Source: Bacteroidota bacterium
Lineage (GTDB): Bacteria; Bacteroidota; Bacteroidia; Flavobacteriales; Schleiferiaceae
Direction: 5' to 3'
Length of the DNA stretch: 64,000 nucleotides
Assembly: GCA_003385605.1 (NCBI GenBank)
Contig: QQUU01000038.1
Coordinates: 18,182-82,181, forward strand
In this document: in pieces, positions 58,779 through 64,000 of the stretch
Layout: every line of letters begins with the position of its first letter
Position numbering within the stretch: position 1 is the stretch's first letter
Made by a program: the position numbers and the translations under genes
The notes under the pieces: model-generated
Seen by the model: only the letters and a program-made list of their open reading frames with translations
What the model was told of the DNA's origin: nothing
Databases searched by the model: none

Positions 58779-60128
58779 TTACTCCGCCGGCTCTTCCAAT
58801 ACGAAGTCTTCCATGAATTTAGTGGTGTAAACACCTTCGCGGAACTTCTCGTTCTTAATCAGTTGTTGGTGGAACGGAATAGTCGTTTTAACACCTTCAA
58901 TGATAAATTCGTCCAAAGCACGCTCGAGCTTGTCCAAAGATTCCTCACGAGTACGAGCCGTGATGATCAGTTTAGCAATCATAGAATCGTAGAACGGTGG
59001 GATAGCGTATCCGCTGTAACAGTGCGTATCTAAACGTACACCGTGGCCACCTGGGGCGTGGAATGAAGTAATCACTCCTGGCGAAGGACGGAAGTCGTTA
59101 AACGCATCTTCTGCATTGATACGAACTTCAATACTGTGCATCTGAGGCAAGTAGTTCTTTCCAGAAATCGGCTCGCCTGCGGCAACTTTAATCTGCTCAC
59201 GGATGAGGTCAAAGCCAACTACTTGTTCTGTAATCGGGTGTTCTACCTGGATACGTGTATTCATTTCCATGAAGTAGAAGTTTCTATCCTTATCTACCAG
59301 GAACTCTACAGTACCAGCGCCTTCGTAAGCAATGTATTCTGCTGCTTTCACAGCTGCTTCACCCATTTTCTTACGGAGTTTATCCGTCATAAATGGGGAA
59401 GGTGTTTCTTCAACCAATTTTTGGTGGCGACGTTGTACCGAACAATCGCGCTCACTCAAGTGACAGGCTTTACCGAAGCTGTCACCAATAATTTGTACTT
59501 CAATGTGACGCGGCTCAAGGATAAGTTTCTCCATGTACATGCCGTCGTTGCCAAAGGCAGCTGCAGCCTCGCGACGAGCACTGTCCCATGCGCCTTGAAG
59601 TTCGCTCTCCTCTAGTATGGCACGCATACCCTTACCACCACCACCGGCGGTCGCTTTGATCATGACTGGGTAGCCTATTTCACGGGCTTTAGTCACTGCG
59701 TCTTCATAGGTTTCTAGGATACCTTCAGAACCTGGTACACACGGCACACCGGCTTCTTTCATGGTCTCTTTAGCAGTAGCCTTGTCTCCCATTTTATCGA
59801 TCTGATCACCAGAGGCGCCGATAAACTTGATGCCGTGCTCCGCACAGATGCGTGAAAACTTCGCGTTTTCACTCAAGAATCCGTATCCTGGGTGAATAGC
59901 GTCGGCATTGGTAATCTCTGCAGCAGCAATAATGTTAGGAATGCTGAGGTAGCTTTCCGAAGATGCTGCAGGACCAATACATACTGCTTCGTCCGCGAAA
60001 CGAACGTGCAATGAATCTGCATCTGCCTTAGAATAAACGGCCACCGTTTTGATGCCCATTTCTTTACAGGTACGAATCACGCGAAGTGCGATCTCACCCC
60101 TATTGGCAATGAGTACTTTCTTGAACAT
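58779..60128 (-). CDS. accC: Acetyl-CoA carboxylase biotin carboxylase subunit
   Basis: [14 protein letters not shown] and the ATP-grasp motif GGGGKGMR. 449 aa. Confidence 0.95.
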   Translation of the reverse strand: MFKKVLIANRGEIALRVIRTCKEMGIKTVAVYSKADADSLHVRFADEAVCIGPAASSESYLSIPNIIAAAEITNADAIHPGYGFLSENAKFSRICAEHGIKFIGASGDQIDKMGDKATAKETMKEAGVPCVPGSEGILETYEDAVTKAREIGYPVMIKATAGGGGKGMRAILEESELQGAWDSARREAAAAFGNDGMYMEKLILEPRHIEVQIIGDSFGKACHLSERDCSVQRRHQKLVEETPSPFMTDKLRKKMGEAAVKAAEYIAYEGAGTVEFLVDKDRNFYFMEMNTRIQVEHPITEQVVGFDLIREQIKVAAGEPISGKNYLPQMHSIEVRINAEDAFNDFRPSPGVITSFHAPGGHGVRLDTHCYSGYAIPPFYDSMIAKLIITARTREESLDKLERALDEFIIEGVKTTIPFHQQLIKNEKFREGVYTTKFMEDFVLEEPAE

Positions 60129-60149
60129 AACGAGTGTGTTTTCGTAAGG

Positions 60150-60635
60150 TTACGAAGGATCTACCAAGAACAATGGCTGATCGTATTCGATAGGGCTTTG
60201 ATCGTCAACTAGAACTTTAACAATCTTACCACTTACTTCACTTTCAATCTCATTGAAGAGCTTCATCGCCTCAACGATACAAAGCACATCACCTGGCTTA
60301 ATCTCAGAACCGACTTTCACGAAAGCATCTTGATCTGGAGATGGGCTGCGGTAGAATGTTCCAATCATTGGAGACTTCACCTCGATGTAGTTGCTGTTGT
60401 CCTCTGCTGGAGCTTCTGCAGCAGGAGCAGCAGGAGCTGGGGCAGCAGCTGGTGCTGGAGCTGGAGCAACTGGCATGGCAGCCTGAGGAGCAACGGCTTG
60501 GATAATGGTCGGCTGATCAGAACCTTCTGATGCAGTTTTAATGTTAATCTTGAAATCTTCAGTTTCTAAACTCACTTCTTGAGCGCCGCTTTTCGCAACG
60601 AATTTGATGAGTGCTTGGATTTCTTTCAAGTCCAT
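60150..60635 (-). CDS. accB: Acetyl-CoA carboxylase biotin carboxyl carrier protein
   Basis: Ala/Pro linker and the biotinylation motif [11 protein letters not shown]. Confidence 0.9.
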   Translation of the reverse strand: MDLKEIQALIKFVAKSGAQEVSLETEDFKINIKTASEGSDQPTIIQAVAPQAAMPVAPAPAPAAAPAPAAPAAEAPAEDNSNYIEVKSPMIGTFYRSPSPDQDAFVKVGSEIKPGDVLCIVEAMKLFNEIESEVSGKIVKVLVDDQSPIEYDQPLFLVDPS

Positions 60636-60668
60636 GTTCTTGTGTATTTAGGAATATGAATTTACGAG

Positions 60669-61661
60669 TTATTTTTTATCGATGGCCCATTTGACCCACA
60701 TGGCTCCCCATGTAAATCCGCCACCGAAGGCTGCGAAGAAGATGTTATCACCTTTCTTAAACTTATCTCTAAAGTCCCAAAGGCCTAAAGGAATCGTAGC
60801 AGAGGTAGTATTACCGTAGTTCTGAATGTTAATGACCACTTTTTCACTAGTGAGTCCCATACGACGCGCTGTAGCATCGATGATTCTCAGATTGGCTTGG
60901 TGGGGAACCAAATAGGCCACATCATCACCAGTAAGTCCATTCTTTTCTAAGAGCTCCGCAGAAGTATCTGCCATGCGACTAACGGCAAAGCGGAATACGC
61001 TTTGACCTTCTTGACGGATGGCGTGCTGTTTATTGTCAATAGTTTCGTGAGAAGGAGGAAGGAAAGACCCACCTGCTTCGATGCGCAAGAAATCGCGGCC
61101 TGTAGCATCCGTACGAAGAAGCTCATCTTGTACGCCAAGACCTTCATAGTTTGGCTCCATCAGTGCTACGCCACAACCATCACCAAACAAGATACAAGTA
61201 GTACGGTCGGTGTAGTCTACAATAGAGCTCATGACATCAGAGCCCACTACCAATACTTTTTTGTATTTGCCAGATTCTATATACGCTGCTGCATTACTTA
61301 CGGCGTATAAGAACGAAGAACATGCTGCTTGCAAGTCAAAAGCGTAGGCATTCTTGGCACCAATCTCTTGTGCGATATATGCTGAAGTGATGGCAACCGG
61401 CATATCACCAGTTACTGAAGCTAGAATAACGAGGTCAACGTCTTCAACGCTCACTCCGTACTCCTCCTTCATGGCTTCAACGGCTTTGATTGCTAGATAA
61501 GAGGCCCCACGGCCTTCTTCTGGTTTAAGGATGCGACGCTCCTTAATTCCGGTTCGAGTAGTAATCCATTCGTCATTGGTTTCGACCATGGTTTCTAACT
61601 CGGCATTCGTTAGAACATACTCTGGAACATACCCTCCGATCGCTGTAATTGCTGCTTTCAT
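60669..61661 (-). CDS. fabH: 3-oxoacyl-ACP synthase III
   Basis: Active-site AACSSFLYA, VPHQANLRI and YGNTTSATIP. Confidence 0.9.
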   Translation of the reverse strand: MKAAITAIGGYVPEYVLTNAELETMVETNDEWITTRTGIKERRILKPEEGRGASYLAIKAVEAMKEEYGVSVEDVDLVILASVTGDMPVAITSAYIAQEIGAKNAYAFDLQAACSSFLYAVSNAAAYIESGKYKKVLVVGSDVMSSIVDYTDRTTCILFGDGCGVALMEPNYEGLGVQDELLRTDATGRDFLRIEAGGSFLPPSHETIDNKQHAIRQEGQSVFRFAVSRMADTSAELLEKNGLTGDDVAYLVPHQANLRIIDATARRMGLTSEKVVINIQNYGNTTSATIPLGLWDFRDKFKKGDNIFFAAFGGGFTWGAMWVKWAIDKK

Positions 61662-61715
61662 CGTGTTTTCTTGTGTGGGCTAAAATAGGCGGTCTATTTT
61701 TAAAACCTCATTTAA

Positions 61716-61746
61716 AACAGAAAAAGTAGCCTTTTGAGGGGCTACT
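61716..61746 (-). terminator. Intrinsic terminator after rpmF
   Basis: On the minus strand: AGTAGCC-8 nt loop-GGCTACT followed by TTTTCTGTTTT. Confidence 0.7.
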
Positions 61747-61778
61747 TATCTGTAAATCAATGATTTGTAAGATTAGGC

Positions 61779-61961
61779 TTATGCCTTCTCCATGACTACT
61801 TTACCCTTGTAGTAAAGTTTTCCTTCGTGCCAGTGAGCACGGTGGTAAAGGTGTGCTTCGCCAGTAGTAGGGCAAATCGCTAATTGCTGATCGGCCGCTT
61901 TGTAGTGAGTTCTGCGCTTGTCTCTTCTCGTGCTTGACTGTCTGCGCTTAGGATGTGCCAT
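61779..61961 (-). CDS. rpmF: 50S ribosomal protein L32
   Basis: [20 protein letters not shown]-terminus. 60 aa. Confidence 0.9.
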   Translation of the reverse strand: MAHPKRRQSSTRRDKRRTHYKAADQQLAICPTTGEAHLYHRAHWHEGKLYYKGKVVMEKA

Positions 61962-61969
61962 ATCTAATA

Positions 61970-62470
61970 CTATTTATTATTCAACAAGTTTTTTAATTGA
62001 TCCCATCTAGGATCAGTCTCTTTTTCATTTTCCTCTTCGTCTTCTATAAAATCCTCAAGGCCATTTCCAGCATTCGGTCCATTTAGTTTGGGTGGAATGC
62101 TTAAAACGACTAATTCGTACAAGTACTGAGCAATGTTAAACGAGTGTTCGCCATGCGGCAAGATGAGTAACTCATCGTTTTCGTCGTTGTATTCCTCACC
62201 AAACTTTACCTGCATGGAGAAACTATTTTCCAGTTCCTGAGTGTAGGCTTCGTTCGTCACGTCGCAAGGTGCAGTAATGCTTCCGTTGAATGAAAAGTCC
62301 AAATCAAGAACAGTTTCACTTTTCAACATTATCATCTGAGCTACGCCTTTTAAATCGCTGTAGTCTGAGAATTCAAAAAGTTCAAAGAACGTATCATCCA
62401 AATCGTAATTAAACTCGTGAGAACCAAGCTTTAAGCCACTAAACGTTATGGTAAAGTCTTTGGTCTTCAT
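61970..62470 (-). CDS. YceD/DUF177 family protein
   Basis: Conserved position upstream of rpmF with an acidic C-terminus. The ATG at 62470 (MKTKDF) is preferred over the track start at 62497. Confidence 0.7.
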   Translation of the reverse strand: MKTKDFTITFSGLKLGSHEFNYDLDDTFFELFEFSDYSDLKGVAQMIMLKSETVLDLDFSFNGSITAPCDVTNEAYTQELENSFSMQVKFGEEYNDENDELLILPHGEHSFNIAQYLYELVVLSIPPKLNGPNAGNGLEDFIEDEEENEKETDPRWDQLKNLLNNK

Positions 62471-62521
62471 TAGTTCCCCATCTGAATGAGCGTGCAAAGA
62501 TATTCAAATTGTTGAAAACTT

Positions 62522-63931
62522 CTAACGCTTCTCCTTTTGTTTTTTGAGTGGATTCGCTGTGATTTCATCGTAGACCTTACGGCTGTTTACAATATCAATA
62601 GCTGCGAAAACCGATGTCCTGAAGGATGATTCGTTTGCTTTGTTTTGTCCAGCAATGTGCATCGCAGTGCCGTGGTCAGGTGAAGTTCTTACCGCAGTTA
62701 GTCCTGCCGTGTAGTTGGTTCCGCTTCCCATGGCCAGTGCTTTGAAAGGCACAAGTACCTGATCGTGGTACATACCTAATACTGCGTCGAACTTCTGATC
62801 GTAGCCTTGTCCAAAGAAACCGTCTGCAGGGAAAGGACCTCTTACGATTGCTCCTTTTACATCGGCTTTTTCAATGGCAGGTTTTATAATATCTGCTTCT
62901 TCCGAGCCAATGGCACCAAATTCTCCAGCATGTGGATTCAATCCTAAAACGGCAATACTAGGCTTCACGCAACCAAAGTCGCGTTTTAAGCTCTTTGCAA
63001 GCAGTTCAATTGACGCTGTAATGTTTTCCTCTTTTAAGGTATCGGCAATTTTACTCACAGGTACGTGTCCGGTGACCGTGGCTACCTTCAGTACATCTGA
63101 AGCCAAAATCATAAGTACCTCATCATTAAATGCCTCAGCAAGATACCCGGTGTGTCCTGCAAACCCCTCAACCTGAGCAGCGATGTTGTGCTTGTTGATT
63201 GGGGCGGTAACGATAGCATCTATCTTCCCTGATTTCGCAGCTTCTATGGCCGCATCGATGCTTTTCAACGCATACGAACCACTTACATCCGTAGGAGTTC
63301 CAAGGCTGAGTTCGACATTGTCATCCCAAGTGGTAACTAAATTGGCCTTCTTATCCTTGATATCCTCAAGAGAATCGCAGAGGTAGAAATTAAAGTCTTT
63401 CATTTCCAGAGCATTCCTGTGGTATGAAGCCACTTTGCTAGAAGCAAATACTACGGGAGTACACAGATCAAGAATCTCTTTGTTTTCAAGGGTCTTCATA
63501 ATTACCTCGAGGCCTATTCCATTAAGATCGCCACAGGTTATACCAATGGTTGGCTTTTCGAAGACAGGCAATTGTATGTCTTGTGAAGCACTTCGCTCAA
63601 CAGGCGCATTGAACAAATCTGCCTGTTCTTGTAACTGCTGCGTTTCCTGTTCAGAAACAGGTGTTGCCTTAACATCTTTAGCAGGTGCTTTTTGTTTATT
63701 GCGGTTGCGGTTTCGATTCCTATTTCGGTTGCGTCCTTTCCCTTCAGAATTCCCTTCAGAATCGTTTTTAGGAGCATCCTCTTTGGATCCGCTAGCTTCG
63801 CTCCCTTCTTCCTTTGGCTTGCGGTTACGATTCCTGTTGCGGTTCCTGTTGCGGTTGCGATTTCTGTTATTGCCCTCGCGACCTTCTCCTTTGTTTTCGC
63901 CTTTTGGCGCATTTTCCTTATTGTCGCTCAT
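62522..63931 (-). CDS. pdxA: 4-hydroxythreonine-4-phosphate dehydrogenase with a ~125-aa low-complexity N-terminal extension
   Basis: The core runs from ~aa 126 (KPTIGITCGDLNGIGLEV, FAGHTGYLAE, TSPDHGTA). The upstream 125 codons are in the same open frame. There is no ATG near the core start, only a TTG at 63571. Confidence 0.8.
   Translation of the reverse strand: MSDNKENAPKGENKGEGREGNNRNRNRNRNRNRNRNRKPKEEGSEASGSKEDAPKNDSEGNSEGKGRNRNRNRNRNRNKQKAPAKDVKATPVSEQETQQLQEQADLFNAPVERSASQDIQLPVFEKPTIGITCGDLNGIGLEVIMKTLENKEILDLCTPVVFASSKVASYHRNALEMKDFNFYLCDSLEDIKDKKANLVTTWDDNVELSLGTPTDVSGSYALKSIDAAIEAAKSGKIDAIVTAPINKHNIAAQVEGFAGHTGYLAEAFNDEVLMILASDVLKVATVTGHVPVSKIADTLKEENITASIELLAKSLKRDFGCVKPSIAVLGLNPHAGEFGAIGSEEADIIKPAIEKADVKGAIVRGPFPADGFFGQGYDQKFDAVLGMYHDQVLVPFKALAMGSGTNYTAGLTAVRTSPDHGTAMHIAGQNKANESSFRTSVFAAIDIVNSRKVYDEITANPLKKQKEKR
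63698..63733 (-). repeat. (Arg-Asn)x6 coding dipeptide repeat, tract 2
   Basis: Minus-strand codons are CGC AAC CGA AAT AGG AAT CGA AAC CGC AAC CGC AAT. Confidence 0.9.
63821..63868 (-). repeat. (Asn-Arg)x8 coding dipeptide repeat, tract 1
   Basis: Minus-strand codons are AAC AGA AAT CGC AAC CGC AAC AGG AAC CGC AAC AGG AAT CGT AAC CGC. Mixed synonymous codons are used. Confidence 0.9.
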
Positions 63932-64000
63932 TAGTAGTTGCTTAAGAAATCATACAATAAACGAACCCCGATTCCTGTACCCCCTTCTACTTGGTAGCCA

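Noticed and set aside
63698-63868. Short tandem repeats considered as a possible CRISPR array or phase-variation microsatellite
   Set aside because: The units are 6-nt imperfect coding repeats (Asn-Arg) within an open frame, with no spacer-repeat architecture. The mixed codons make slipped-strand phase variation unlikely.

Overview
The window looks like a chromosomal segment from a Bacteroidota (Flavobacteriia-like) genome. Three things point that way: a SusC/SusD pair, several proteins with type IX secretion (T9SS) C-terminal sorting domains, and TAnnTTTG-type -7 promoter boxes with no Shine-Dalgarno sequences. Nearly all of it is coding and most of it is housekeeping. Blocks in order:
- 1-4848: a tightly packed metal (Mn/Zn-type) ABC uptake operon. 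One permease is fused to a DtxR-like domain and an outer-membrane barrel gene is embedded in the operon.
- 5211-6470: an isolated type II sulfide:quinone oxidoreductase gene, flanked by two copies of a 22-nt repeat, each followed by a terminator.
- 6552-13240: a translationally coupled partial phenylacetate (paa) lower-pathway operon.
- 13508-36669: a large starch/maltodextrin utilisation locus. It holds three GH13 genes, a GH65 maltose phosphorylase, beta-phosphoglucomutase, a sugar kinase, pfkA, gap, a Nudix-type regulator, susC/susD with two surface proteins, an MFS transporter, an AraC regulator and a T9SS multi-CBM protein.
- 36804-46301: an orphan response regulator, rimP-nusA-infB, a solute symporter, tadA and aspS.
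- 46345-53829: a 1443-aa T9SS BNR/PKD protein, purQ and a 765-aa lamin-tail-like protein.
- 53880-63931: asd, msrA, an AraC/MBL/SDR trio, accC-accB-fabH, rpmF, yceD and pdxA.
I see no rRNA or tRNA genes, CRISPR array, transposase, integrase, prophage or recognisable defence island, and I cannot point to a clearly novel multi-gene system. The features most worth a second look are:
- the permease-DtxR fusion;
- the 22-nt repeat plus terminator cassettes around sqr;
- a shared TAAGTGT palindromic operator candidate linking the pfkA-gap and susC promoters to the adjacent catalytically degenerate Nudix regulator;
- a terminator hairpin in the rimP-nusA-infB leader;
- a PdxA with a roughly 125-aa Asn-Arg repeat N-terminal extension;
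- a four-module CBM-like T9SS protein next to the PUL.
All family assignments come from motif recognition by eye. No database search was run.
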